A DNA stretch of 64,000 nt from Octopus vulgaris (GCA_951406725.2 OX597814.1:170500001-170564000); one strand, 5' to 3'; positions 1-11,065 are shown, counted from the stretch's first letter. The notes: generated from the sequence alone by a model not told the origin. A program made the numbers and translations.

Positions 1-838
1 TCTTAGTTAACTTTTGCCCCTGCCACCGCCTCGTATCCTTTGATAGCGTCCTCTACACAAGGTAGCTGAACTTCATTGGACACGGTGATGGTGACGTCAT
101 CCGCATAAGTAGAAACCGACTTACCGCATCCGATTTCAATGGGGGTGCACCCCAAATTCTCCAACTTCCGCAGTAATAGCTCAAGAGCCAACACATACAG
201 AAGCGGAGACAGGGGCACTCTTGACGAACTGAGCACTTGATCGAAAACGGCTCTGACAGGTAGACGTTTATCTGAACGGTGTATTTGATGCCGCTATACA
301 TTGCGGATATCCACCTACAGAAGTCCGGGCCCAGCCCAGCCACTTCGAGGTCCGCCGCCAGGTACTGGTGGTCTACCCTAACAAACGCTTTACTTTGGTC
401 TAAATGGACCAGCGCCCCACTTTTGCCGGTTAATTTACCCAACGTGTCTAAGGTGTAGCGTATAAGGTAAAGATTATCCTGGATGGACCCGCCTGGAATG
501 GCGCATGTCTGCGCCTTCCCAACAAGCTTCTCCACGACACGCGTAATTTTCTTTTCCTTGGTGTTGTAAATTTTGTTCACCACCGTTCGTGCATTGACCG
601 CTTGCCCCGTCTCTGGAGGAGGTAGCAGTTTGGTATCGCTACCACTTTTTCTAATTAAGTTACGGAAACCAAATAGTTGTTCTATTTCTACCTCCATTTC
701 CGTTACATTGTCGCGTACAGCGGCCGAAAAACTGGGTCTTTCCTCTTCCTGTGCTTTCGTTTCACCCCCATTTTCACTGGTATTACCCTTTCCCATCGCG
801 GTAAAATCGTTTTTTGATGCAATATCAAATTCCATCAT
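1..838 (-). mobile_element. Tx1/L1-like non-LTR retrotransposon, internally deleted (ORF1 N-terminus fused to an RT fragment; frameshifted near 215)
   Basis: RT motifs QTCAIPGGSIQDNL, LDQSKAF.RVDH, SVRQ/PLSPLLY and YADDVT. The N-terminal ~98 aa (SFSAAV, ARTVVNKIYNT) resemble ORF1 rather than RT. Confidence 0.85.
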
Positions 839-985
839 ATACTTTTTCTTTAAATTGCAAAAAAATGACTAAAAACGACAAAACAAATTCGCCACCCAGC
901 AACGGGTGAAAAAACAGTTCAGCAATAAATTTTTTTCTACAATAATTTCAAAACAGAATCTTCCGCCCCGCAGGACGAAAATTAC

Positions 986-1223
986 GGATCTTTGACAAAC
1001 AACAGCAGTAATTGTATTCACCTCGATAGACGTCATTGCTTGGTTGAAATTGCCGAAATACGAGAAATAAAACAAGAAATAGCTTACAAACTACACAATT
1101 TTCTCAAGAACGCCAAGAGAAAAAGATGTTTTATGTGACACATTCTACCAGTATACGAAGTTTAAAAGTGTTTAGTTACAAAGAAATTATTTTTAAAATC
1201 TGCCGGTCAAAGTGAAAAGATCC
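986..1223. mobile_element. GGATC-terminated MITE with truncated left TIR and 8-bp TSD
   Basis: GGATCTTT...AAAAGATCC ends. AAAATTAC lies on both sides (978-985 and 1224-1231). The interior matches the copies at 3540, 37810 and 39697. Confidence 0.8.
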
Positions 1224-1367
1224 AAAATTACTGTTCCACGAAGGGCAACAATTCAGTTCAAAGCAAAATACACAAAATATCACAATACCAGACAAAAACA
1301 CACGGAACGAACTCACATAACTTTGGTAACAGCAAATTACGACGCAAAAAATCCGAGTCTGATAGAG

Positions 1368-3150
1368 GTTAATTCTTTATTACAAGCACAAGGCCTAATT
1401 ACAGAGGGGACATACAAAGGACATGCGGGAACATAAAACATATGAAGGATGAATGTGAAATGAATATATTCACAATGCAAATGAGTCGGCCATCTCGCTC
1501 TCGCTGCGAGATGGAATTGTGTATTCCTTTAACACAACCTTTAGCCTCGCTCCGAGGCGAAACCGCGACTTCTCTTTTTGATTTTGCCCTACCATTATAA
1601 ACCTTTTAAACCAATGTTCATACAGTCCTTACTTATTTCTTTTCCTCTGTTTTTTTTTTAAACTAAAAGAAAACAAAATGTTTAACACAGTGTTAAAAAA
1701 AAATTTAGGAAACCTGTTCATTTAACAGTTTCAAGTTTTACATTATTTTTTCCTTTTTTTCCCCTAAAAAGTTCAAACAATCATTCCTCTCACTTACAGT
1801 CTTTACAAAATTATGATGACTTACCACTTACTCCTTTCAAGTTGGGGTGTCCTATCTCACTATAATTTTTCTTTTCGTTTGTGCTTTTCATGTTGTCTCT
1901 TTTTGCTTCTAATTTCCTGCTGTTTTATGTCTTCTTGTATTTCCGTCTCTAAGTCTGTGTGTTCTTGTATTTGTGTGTCTGTGTGTTCGTTTGACTGCAA
2001 CTCTACGTGTTTCGTCTGTGTGTCCATATCTTTAAGTTTTCCGTAATTCTGGGTTGTCTCGTTTCTGGTCTGACTGACTCTGTACTTTAATTCCTTTGCT
2101 GGTACTTCCACTGGTAAATTTTCTCCGTTTCTCGTCGTGGGTTGAGTTTCTTCTCCCATTCCTTTGCACTTCTTCACTTCCACTGTCGTCAGTGACTTTA
2201 TTCTCTCTCTTTTCCTGGGTTTTACCTCCGCCAAATTCCCGTCATATTCTGTTCTCTGCTTCTGCTTTTTTCCCAACACTATATCTTCCTGTACACTTTC
2301 TTCCACCATTTCTACTACTGCTGTAGGACATTTCCTTCTCAGGTGCCTTCTTTCATCGCATCCGTAACATTTTGGGGGTCTCCCTTCCAACATTACTTCC
2401 AGTTTTTCACCGTTTGGCAGTTCCACAGTTTCCGCCATTTCATCGTAATATTCTGGGCTTACCGCGCAAATTACTTCAATACCATAATCCCACGAATTCA
2501 ATTGTTGAGTTCTGCTTACTATGCTTACTATGTTCAGGTTTTCACTTCCCTTCGTCAGCTCTGAATTAAAAATTGCGACTACCACCCATTCTCTGTCTAT
2601 CAACGGTGGGATTCTTCTCGCCCTGACCCTGACGTGTCTTTTGCCCAAACAGTTCGGCACCAACGTCCATTTCTCTCCCAGTATCAGTGTGTTATCGTTC
2701 ATTTTCGCCTCCTCTTCTGATGCAAAGGTGACTATTATAGTTGCGTAATTCCTTCCTCTTGTAAAGAAAGTTATTCCTTCACCCATTCGTTCCTTCAATA
2801 TTTCCTCTATATCTTCCTGTGGCGCGTGCTCTGTTCTCCTATTTTCATTCGAAAATGTTCTGTATATCACCGTCTTCCTTTCCAATTTTCTTTTTTCTTC
2901 TTCTGACAGGGTCATTTTTTTGTTGGACCCTTCTTTTTCTATCATGCCATGATATTTGGCTATCTTCTCTTCATTTCACTTCATCCTCTTCGGCTTCAGC
3001 ACACGTGTGTCTATGGTATCTCGACCTTCAGTAGCTTCCGCGTAACTTTGCTTTTCTTCCATTATTCACTTTCACCCAACGATGGTGGCTTCGCACAAAC
3101 ATTCCTCATACACTTCTTCAAAAAAACAACAAAAACCGAGTCTGGTAGAG
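1368..3150 (-). mobile_element. ORF1-only (HAL1-like) Tx1/L1-derived element
   Basis: Short leader, intact ORF1, then a ~490-nt 3' UTR ending GTCCCCTCTGTAATTAGGCCTTGTGCTTGTAATAAAGAA. No EN/RT sequence between ORF1 and the tail. Confidence 0.75.
1860..2945 (-). CDS. Tx1/L1-type ORF1 (gag-like RNA-binding protein with CCHC zinc knuckle), 361 aa
   Basis: Uninterrupted ORF. GRPPKCYGCDERRHLRRKCP is a CX2CX4HX4C knuckle. It has an RRM-like N-terminal half and a charged low-complexity C-terminus. Confidence 0.85.
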   Translation of the reverse strand: MIEKEGSNKKMTLSEEEKRKLERKTVIYRTFSNENRRTEHAPQEDIEEILKERMGEGITFFTRGRNYATIIVTFASEEEAKMNDNTLILGEKWTLVPNCLGKRHVRVRARRIPPLIDREWVVVAIFNSELTKGSENLNIVSIVSRTQQLNSWDYGIEVICAVSPEYYDEMAETVELPNGEKLEVMLEGRPPKCYGCDERRHLRRKCPTAVVEMVEESVQEDIVLGKKQKQRTEYDGNLAEVKPRKRERIKSLTTVEVKKCKGMGEETQPTTRNGENLPVEVPAKELKYRVSQTRNETTQNYGKLKDMDTQTKHVELQSNEHTDTQIQEHTDLETEIQEDIKQQEIRSKKRQHEKHKRKEKL

Positions 3151-3539
3151 ATACTTTCTTTATTACAGGCACAAGGCCTAATTACAGAGGGGACATACAA
3201 AGACATGCGGGAACATGAAACATATGAAGGATGAATGGGAAATGAATAAATTAGAATGCAAATGAGACGGCCATCTCGCACTCACTGCGAGATGAAACCG
3301 TGGATTCCTTTTCCTTAAACTTTTACACAACCTCTAGCTGCGCTCCGAGGCGAAACCGCGACTTCTCTTTTCGCTTTTGCCTTACAATTATACACCTTTT
3401 AAACAATTGTTCCTGTAGTATTTACTTCTTATTTTTAACTTTTTTTTTAAAAACTAAAGTCAACGAAATGTGTATTACAATATTTTAAAAAACATTTTGG
3501 TAACTTGTTCATTCATCAATTACAAAATTTACTTATTTT
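3151..3539 (-). mobile_element. 3' UTR fragment of the same Tx1-like family
   Basis: Aligns to 1371-1750 (ACAAGGCCTAATTACAGAGGGGACATAC; GCTCCGAGGCGAAACCGCGACTTCTC). Confidence 0.85.
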
Positions 3540-3953
3540 GGATCTTTTCGGTTTGACCGGCAGTTTTTTAAAATAATTTCCACTTTTAAACTTCGTATAC
3601 TGGTAGAATGTGTTTATAAAACATCTTTTTCTTTTGGCTTTATTGAGAAAATTCTATAGTTTGTAAGATATATATTGTTTTTTTCTTCAATTTCTGCAAT
3701 TTCAACCAATCAATGACGTCTATTGAGGTGAAAACATTCTGTGCCGTATGAATTTGTCCCACGTTTAAGAAACAGATTGGGTTTATTTACATTTCTGAAG
3801 AAAAAAAGATACCCTTCCCCCCACCCCTAACCCTAACTAATCCTAACCCTAAAACAGATTCAAATGCAATAGATCGATACTAGGGTCATAATTATGGGTG
3901 ACAATTTCATATGACACCGCTAGAAAAAACTGCCGTTCAAACCGAAAAGATCC
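3540..3953. mobile_element. GGATC-terminated MITE with internal CCCTAA repeats
   Basis: ~30-bp TIRs GGATCTTTTCGGTTTGACCGGCAGTTTTTT / AAAAAACTGCCGTTCAAACCGAAAAGATCC. CCCTAA-like run at ~3825-3853. No TSD seen. Confidence 0.85.
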
Positions 3954-5287
3954 CTGGTCTACTGATCCCGTCGCTAGAAGGTGGTAGGCTTTCGTTCCCC
4001 TGTTCCCAATTTATCGGCTGCAGCTCTGCATCGTTAACAAGCAAGAGATGTCCTCTTGGGGTTAAAAAATTGCAGTAGAGTCTGTTCGAACGGACAGCCA
4101 CGCTGAAGTGGCTGCGAATATATTACTTGCTAGTACAACTACTGCGTTGATCTCTTAGAGAGGTTTTAGAACTAGTATATTTGCTTAGACATGTATATAT
4201 GTATGTATGTATGCATGTGTGTATGTATGTGTGTATGTATATATATGCGACTCTATACTGTTTGCTCCTCTAACCTCTCTAATTCATTTTTCCTCCCTGT
4301 CACCATATTCTATTTGTCTCTCTCTCTCGCTCTCCCTCTTCCTATTTTTCTCTCTCACTCTCTCTTCCTCTTTTCTCTCTCTCTCTCTCGTTGCTCACAC
4401 GTGACCATCGTCCATCTTTCTTTTCCTCACGTGACCATCTTTCTTTCCTGCATGGACGTTCGAAGGACTGGACGTTTCCTATCTCTCTCTTCTATCTCTT
4501 CTCTTTTCAAAGAAAATATTTCTCTTAGCGTTCACTATTTTCCCCTCGTTCAGGTCTAACCACCCTCCATATTTGTTTTCGTTCGGCTTCCTTGTATATC
4601 TCCACATCACCTGTTTTTGTTCCTAATTTTGACCCTCCATAAATCCCAAATTTTATTTTGGTATTTATGGGAGTAGCTATCTTCGAAGACTCATATTGTC
4701 GTTGACTTCTCAAAATAGGGAGTAGATAGACAGCCGATAACTGATGAAGGGTCATTCTTTGTATTGTCCTTTTTCTTCTCTCGTTCTTTACGTATTTATC
4801 TTATTTGTTTTCGTATTTCATGTTGTTTACCGCTGGTGAATATATATATATATAAGGTTTGAAGGGAAACAACTCGTGTCAAAATGTTGCTTCCTCTCGA
4901 GTACGTCTACCGAATTTTTTTTTTTACTCCAAGCAGTCATTGTTGACCAATGTTATTTGTCTAGTGTTTGACTAATTAATAAAAAAAAAATTAGTCAGGT
5001 ATATAACTGTATCTTCTATAATAGACTGTGCATACAAGCGCACGCACACACACACACACACACACACACCACCATCACCACCACCACCACCTCACGTACA
5101 TATTTAGTACGTTGTACTGAATGCTCTATTTTTGTTCATGTAATCAACTTTATACATTATATGTTCGTGTGTGTGTGTGTGTGTGTTCGCGCGTGATGCA
5201 TTTGTTCTTGTCGTCTGCGCTGATAATTACTTCGCCGCAGGAAGGTAATGTTTATTTTTCATTCTTTTAACTAATCAAAAATTATCA

Positions 5288-5661
5288 TCTTCTCTCTATA
5301 TATAAACGGCAGTTTGTCTGTGTGTGTTTCTGTGTGTCTGTTAGGTTGTACCCTCACCCTGGCCACGGCTTTCAACCGATTCTGATGAAACTTGACACAC
5401 ACATAGCCCAATGTCATAATTCAAAACTAACGCAGCGAAAATTTTGAAAAGTTCCCCCAGTTCTGAAAAAAATCGATAAATTCGACATGGGGTCGAGAAT
5501 GAGAAACACAAACCACAGACTGTCTAGGGGACGCAACTCGACCTTTTTAACTAAAAAAAAATTTACCATCATTTTTTTTCCATTTTTTGGCTATAACTCT
5601 CTAAAAATGCTTTATAGTTATTTCCCTTACAAACCCGAGCAACGCCGGGCGATACTGCTAG
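5288..5661 (+). mobile_element. Non-autonomous Helitron
   Basis: A|TC start. The 3' hairpin CCCGAGCAACGCCGGG is followed by CTAG|T. Confidence 0.85.
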
Positions 5662-5696
5662 TCTCTGTTAAAAGGGAACAAGGAAACTTTCAAAGA

Positions 5697-5869
5697 ACGA
5701 CAACAACAACAACAACAACATCAATAACAACAGCAAAAAGTATGATAGAAAATATAATTGAACACACCACCACCGACGGCGACAACAAGGACGATGGTGG
5801 CGCTGGTGGTGATTATGATGATCATGATTATGATGACGACGACGATGATGTCTCTGATGATGATGGTGG

Positions 5870-5909
<40 letters not shown>

Positions 5910-5942
5910 CACGACGACGACGACGACGATGATGATGATGAC
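5697..5942. repeat. (ACA)n and (GAT/GAC)n trinucleotide microsatellites
   Basis: Directly visible. Confidence 0.95.
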
Positions 5943-6428
5943 AAACATATGTTGCTAAAAAAAAATTATTTCCTTGTTCAAAAGATGTGTGAACGTATAA
6001 ATGATACAATAAACCTTGCTGGATGACCTAAAAAAAAAGAATGAAAAGAAATTGAAATAAAAAGTTAAAATATATTAAAAAAAATATTAATTGGCTCGTG
6101 AAAAAGAGAGAACCGTTTGTTAAATCTCAACACGTTTTTCTCTTTGCTAAATTGTATCGAGTTTTTGTAGATATGTTGTTGGAATGCCCGCTAAGTGTAA
6201 CGGATGAAAATCTGCGGTTAGAGAACTTCCTACTGACTCTTCAATCAAATTGAGCTTAATGTCCTATTGAGATTCACTGCAGTATGGCTCTCTGTAAATT
6301 AATGCAGGCTCTGCGGTGAATTTGAAACAAATGTTAAGTCTCCTCTGAGTTTCCAGCTACTGCTTGAGATATTCTACTTGGTTATCAGATTATACTTTAT
6401 TAAGCCATTTATGTTTATATTTGTGTGT

Positions 6429-6790
6429 ATACATACATCCATACATACATGCATACATACATACATACATACATACATACATACATACATACATACATAC
6501 ATACATACATACATACAGACATACGTACGTACATAATACATACATACATACGTGTACACACATACATGTATGTATACATGCATACATACATAACAAATAC
6601 ATACATACGTACATACATACATACATACATACATACATACGTGTACTCACATACATGTGTGTATACATGCATACATACATACATACATACATAACAAATA
6701 CATACGTACATACATACATACATACATACATACATACATACATACATACACACATACATATATACATACACACATACACGCACACACATA
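6429..6790. repeat. (TACA)n compound microsatellite
   Basis: Directly visible. Confidence 0.95.
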
Positions 6791-7364
6791 TAAATAGCAA
6801 TCTGTCTGCCTGTCGGACTATCTATCTGTCTGTCTGTTACCATATTAGTGCCTAACCCAGCGAACCAATATTCACGAAACTTTGCATACATGTTACACTA
6901 ACATCCAGTTCAATAACTGGATTCCAAGAAAAATCTATAATGTGCCCCTACCCCAGGGGCGTTGGGCGAATTATATGATAAAATCAGAAGGTTGCAAAAT
7001 GTATTACTCGGAGGGAAAGGTAGTAGCAGAATGAGAATGACTTAAATCACTGAAGGCGAAAACAGCGATAGCAATGGAATATAACGTTCATACAGCTGTC
7101 AAACACGCGTCACTGCATACATACTTTTGTAAATACATAGATACAACGCGCGCGCGCACACACACACACACATACACACACACAAAGAAAGGTGAATGTG
7201 GGGAATACATAGTTTTAAGGAGAGAGAGGGTAGATGGCTTTTCTGCTATCCATCGCAAAGAAACACTCATACACAGACACATATATACGTACATGCACAA
7301 AGGCATATGTCTACTATACACCATTTTAAACTCGTGATTATTTGTGTGTACGTCTGTAAATCCT

Positions 7365-7448
7365 CCCTTGGCTATCGATCGCCGATGTCAACAAAGGGGA
7401 TTGTATCCCTTTGGCTATCGATCGCCGATGACCCTGTTATCCCGTGGG
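7365..7448 (-). mobile_element. Penelope terminal-repeat fragment, inverted relative to 10905-10965
   Basis: 7385-7443 is the near-exact reverse complement of GGGATAACAGGGTCACCGGCGATCGATAGCTAAAGGGATACAATCCCCTATGTTGACAT. Confidence 0.75.
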
Positions 7449-7465
7449 TTCCAATAGGCTAGCAG

Positions 7466-7762
7466 AAAACCGAGTCTGCTAGAGATTAATTCTTTATTAC
7501 AAGGCCTAATTACAGAGGGGACATGCAAAGACATGCGGGAACATAAAACATATGACGGATTATTGTGAAATCAATATATTTATAATGCAAATGAGACGGC
7601 CATCTCGCTCCACTGCTCCCACTTATATTTCCTTTTTTTTTTCCTTAAATGTTCAAATAAATATTTTCCTACGTTACAGTCTTTACAAAATTATATCGAC
7701 CTACCTCTTTTACTTCTCACAATGTTGTTCACTTTTACAATCCTTTACGTTGGGGTGTCCTG
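7466..7762 (-). mobile_element. Deleted Tx1-like 3' UTR copy with the CCGAGTCTG junction motif
   Basis: Matches 1350-1500 and 1740-1853. Confidence 0.8.
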
Positions 7763-8061
7763 AAATGTAAGCACGATCCGAATTTACAGCGACTGGTCCC
7801 ATTAACGTAGGGGCCTGGATTTTCTAGGATTCTCCATGATATTACGTGTTTGTGTGAGTGTGTGTGTGCTCGCGCGTGATGCATTTGTTCTTGTCGTCTA
7901 TACATCAGCTGCCATACATGGCTGGCTAATGACGTGACGAAATTCCTTTCCGGGATCCAGAAGGAGGATCTGTGGTTAGAGAGGCGTTGTTTGAACGAGT
8001 TCCTGGAACAGCCGATGTATTTCCGTGGTCGGATGTTGGCGGTGGTGGTGCTGTTGGTGCT

Positions 8062-8405
8062 TGTTTGTTTGTTTGTTTGTTAAGCGAAGCGGTCTTCGTG
8101 GGAGAAGTCCGAAACGTGGTCCTTTGCTATTCGTAAGACCCGCAGAAGAGAAAGCAGGTTAACCCCCGACACCGAGAGCATCGACGGATGGATGCGCATC
8201 CAGGCTCAGCGGTTGCGTAGGAAGTCGGGGACAAGAAAGAGTGAGAGAAAGTTGGAGCGAAAGAGTACAACAGAGGTTGCCACCACCCCCTGCCGGAGCC
8301 TCGTGGGGCTTTAGGTGTTTTCGCTCAATAAACACACACAACGCCCGGTTTGGGAATCGAAACCGCGAGTCCGCTGCCCTAACCACTGGGCCATTGCGCC
8401 TCCAC
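8062..8405 (-). mobile_element. tRNA-derived SINE (GGAGGCGCAATGGCCCAGTGG head; octopus OR-like)
   Basis: A/B boxes and an (AAAC)n tail. 13-bp TSD TGCTGTTGGTGCT at 8049-8061 and 8406-8418. Confidence 0.9.
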
Positions 8406-8835
8406 TGCTGTTGGTGCTGGCGCTGCTGGTGTTGGCGTCATTGGAGGTGGCGATGGTGTTGGTGCCGCCACTGGCGGTGTTGGTAAAGGTGCCGTTGTTG
8501 TTATTATGGCCATCACCTTTGATGGAGGTGCTATCATTTCTGTTGTGGATGTCATTGGCGATGTCCCTGCTGCTGTTTCCGTTAGGGATACTGCCGTTGT
8601 TGTCGTCGCTGTTATTGTTTTTACTGCTGGGGATGGCACTACCGCTGCTGCTATTGGAACTGTCGAGCCTACTGCTCTAGCCGTAGACGTTAGGGAAGCT
8701 GCCGATTCTGCTACTGTTGTCGTTAGGGATACTGCCATTGTTGTTGTTGATGTTGTTATTGTTGTTATCGCTAGCGATGGTGCTGTTGCTTTTGTTCGCG
8801 TTTCTGCTGCAATTGGTCCTGACGTCCCTGATATT

Positions 8836-9063
8836 TATTTCTTTACTACCCACAAGGGGTTAAACACAGAGGGGACAAACAAGGACAGACAAACGGATTA
8901 AGTCGATTATATCGACTTCAGTGCGTAACTGGTACTTAATTTATCGACTCCGAAAGGATGAAAGGCAAAGTCGACCTCGGCGGAATTTGAACTCAGAACG
9001 TAGCGACAGACAAAATACTGCTAAGCATTTCGCCCGGCGTGCTAACGATTCTACCAGCTCGCC
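8836..9063 (-). mobile_element. tRNA-derived SINE with Tx1-like 3' tail
   Basis: Head GGCGAGCTGGTAGAATCG, B box GAGTTCAAATTCC, tail GTCCCCTCTGTGTTTAACCCCTTGTGGGTAGTAAAGAAA. Multiple copies in the window. Confidence 0.9.
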
Positions 9064-10999
9064 GCTATTGGTACTGACGTCCCTGCTATTGTGGTCGCCG
9101 TTAGGGGAGCTGCTCATGTTGCTGATGCTTCTAGGGTCAACCAGTACCTCGGCTTCATAGACGACTCCTTTGGTTTCGCAGTGGCCCTTCACTGGGCATC
9201 TGTTGCAGTCCCTGCATGAACATCCTGCCTCCACTCGTGGTCTAGTGGTACTAACTAGGATACTCTTAATATTGGGGTCACAGCTAAAAGAGACCCTATG
9301 GTCGTGCCTGTTAAAATGCGTCCATATCTATGTGAATTACTGAAATATCCTACTTGCAGACGCTTTTATTTTAAGAGAGAAGTGGGGCGGACAAACCAAA
9401 TGATATTTCTGTGGCGCTTCCTTCTACGAATATTGGGGTCTGGCATGTAGGAGATGCAGTCCCTAAATCCGCAAGCAGCTAGGGCCTCGTTATAGTAGGA
9501 GGCTGCTGCATCAAAAATCTCTTGGCTGGTGGAAAGGTTCATGATCCTTTTACTAACACCCTTCACCAGGTTTTTGAACACAATGGGTAGGTGACAGGAG
9601 ACTGTGTTGATGTATGTTAGCCTCTCATTTGGCTTGTGGTAGTGCCTGTATGTACCGGAGTTCAAATCGAGTGTGACGTCTAAGAAGTCCGCGGTGGTGA
9701 AGTGTCAATGGTGATTTTTAATCCCATGGAGGCAAGTGTGCGAATTAATCCTTTCCTAAGCTTGTCTAGCGTGTGGTCGTTTGCTCCCCTAGAACTGGCC
9801 AGGGCGTCATCTCTGTAGAGACCAAAGAGGACAAAGGGGAACTTTTTCTTAAGGGGATCAAGGGTATACAACCCAATGAGGTCGCATACATCAGCACTGT
9901 CATAGGCCTCCATCGCTACTTCAAAGGAGCCTGCTGGGTCGGATTGCTTGACCCAGGTCGAACCTTTATTGAACAGCACTGTTTTCCTGGAGTGCATAAT
10001 GACGTCTATATCCCTGTCGCTAACGCCCCTAGCGAAGGAAAGTTACGAGTAACCCTTTTGATATAGACAGGTAAAAATCGACTATGTCAAACTGGGGGAA
10101 CCTTGCTCTGCCTCTCCCCTTGTTGGTGTTAAACCATGCAGTCACCTCGTTGGTGCTAGATTGGTGGCTCTCCTTATGTCGTTATTGATTTTTCTCAATA
10201 TATGCTTGCTCACCAGACCGATCTCTGAACTGGCCGGGTTAATCAGGTGGCATTTAGGATTTGAGGCAAAGTCCGGTTTATGATCTTTGATGGTAATAAA
10301 GGCATTCCTTTTAGCTGGACTCTCTACCCTATCAGCTATATCTAGGTCGTTGGCTAATTTTTTGGCTTCACTGTTGACGCTGTTGTATGTGTGTGGGGAA
10401 ACGCGCCTATAATTTTGTGTGATATTGTTTTCTAGCAGCTTATCGTAATTAAGGGTGTCTATCCTATATAGGCTTTTAGTCTTATCGGAGAAAATTTGGG
10501 ACCTATCTGAGTTTTCTAGCAATATAATGTCGGCACGGAGCCTGCGTTGGAAGGAGCAAGAGGACTTAGAGAATTTTAGCTTGAGAATGATGTCCAGTTG
10601 GTCCGCTTCAAAAGGCTCGAGGTTTTGGGTGGGTATTTCCTAGATTTGATTCCATAGGTGTTGTTGTCTGGGGGTCGCGTGGCTAGGTCGTGGTACAATG
10701 CTTTCCACCTCATTCGCCTTATTACGTCCATTATTTTTTCTAACAGCATTCGAGTGAGTATATCCTTAGTGGAGTAGCCGAGGTCAAAACGTTCCATATT
10801 CATGAGAGACCAAGTAGTTTCTGAAAATATTTAACACAAACTACGTGCTCTTAGTGAAACACTTTGGCCAGGGAGCGCGATGGATCGTCTGAAAATATAA
10901 ATCCATGGGATAACAGGGTCACCGGCGATCGATAGCTAAAGGGATACAATCCCCTATGTTGACATTCCCCCTCTAGAGAGGCCTTTAGCCAACAAGTCT

Positions 11000-11065
11000 T
11001 GGGATCTGATGATACGCCATAAAAAAGCTAAACCCTTTATGGACGTGAAACCTAAGGTAATTCCA
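11000..11065 (+). ncRNA. Type I hammerhead ribozyme in the inverted Penelope terminal repeat
   Basis: TGGGAT-CTGATGA-T-ACGCCATAAA..TTTATGGACGT-GAAA-CCTAAGG-TA-ATTCCA. Core intact, stems I-III form, GUA cleavage triplet. Confidence 0.85.

Larger units (their letters stand above)
7770..10803 (-). mobile_element. Penelope-like retroelement (RT + Zn finger + GIY-YIG), probably Naiad-type, frameshifted and interrupted by two SINEs
   Basis: N-terminus GYSTKDI...IRRMRWKA; AFITIKDHK; LINPASSEIG; FGLYRDD; YINTVSCH; RNIIWF; CSCRDCNRCPVKGHC (CxCx5Cx5C); GVVYEAEV at ~9165; KYIGCSRNSFKQRLSNHRSSF at ~8020; SHVWQL; WRIL...RC. Clade assignment is from memory of the family motifs. Confidence 0.9.

Noticed and set aside
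3825-3853. CCCTAA runs as evidence of a chromosome end or fusion
   Set aside because: They are short and always inside the GGATC MITE family.
4735-4890. CTGATGA hammerhead-like start (similar CTGAAGA at 28160)
   Set aside because: No matching GAAA-stem III-stem I partner could be built.
5487-6891. Poly-Asp/His/Ile and YIHT/MYVC ORFs (and similar ORFs throughout the window)
   Set aside because: They are translations of microsatellites, open in several frames on both strands.
8379-8901. Mucin-like Thr/Ala/Pro ORF (-) and Val/Ala ORFs (+)
   Set aside because: These are alternative frames of the Asn/Ser-rich insert. Only the Asn-rich frame links the GIY and YIG motifs.
10907-10919. GGGATAACAGGGT resembling an I-SceI site or LSU rRNA (also at 7431-7443)
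   Set aside because: Only 13 bp match, there is no flanking rRNA similarity, and it lies within the Penelope terminal repeat.
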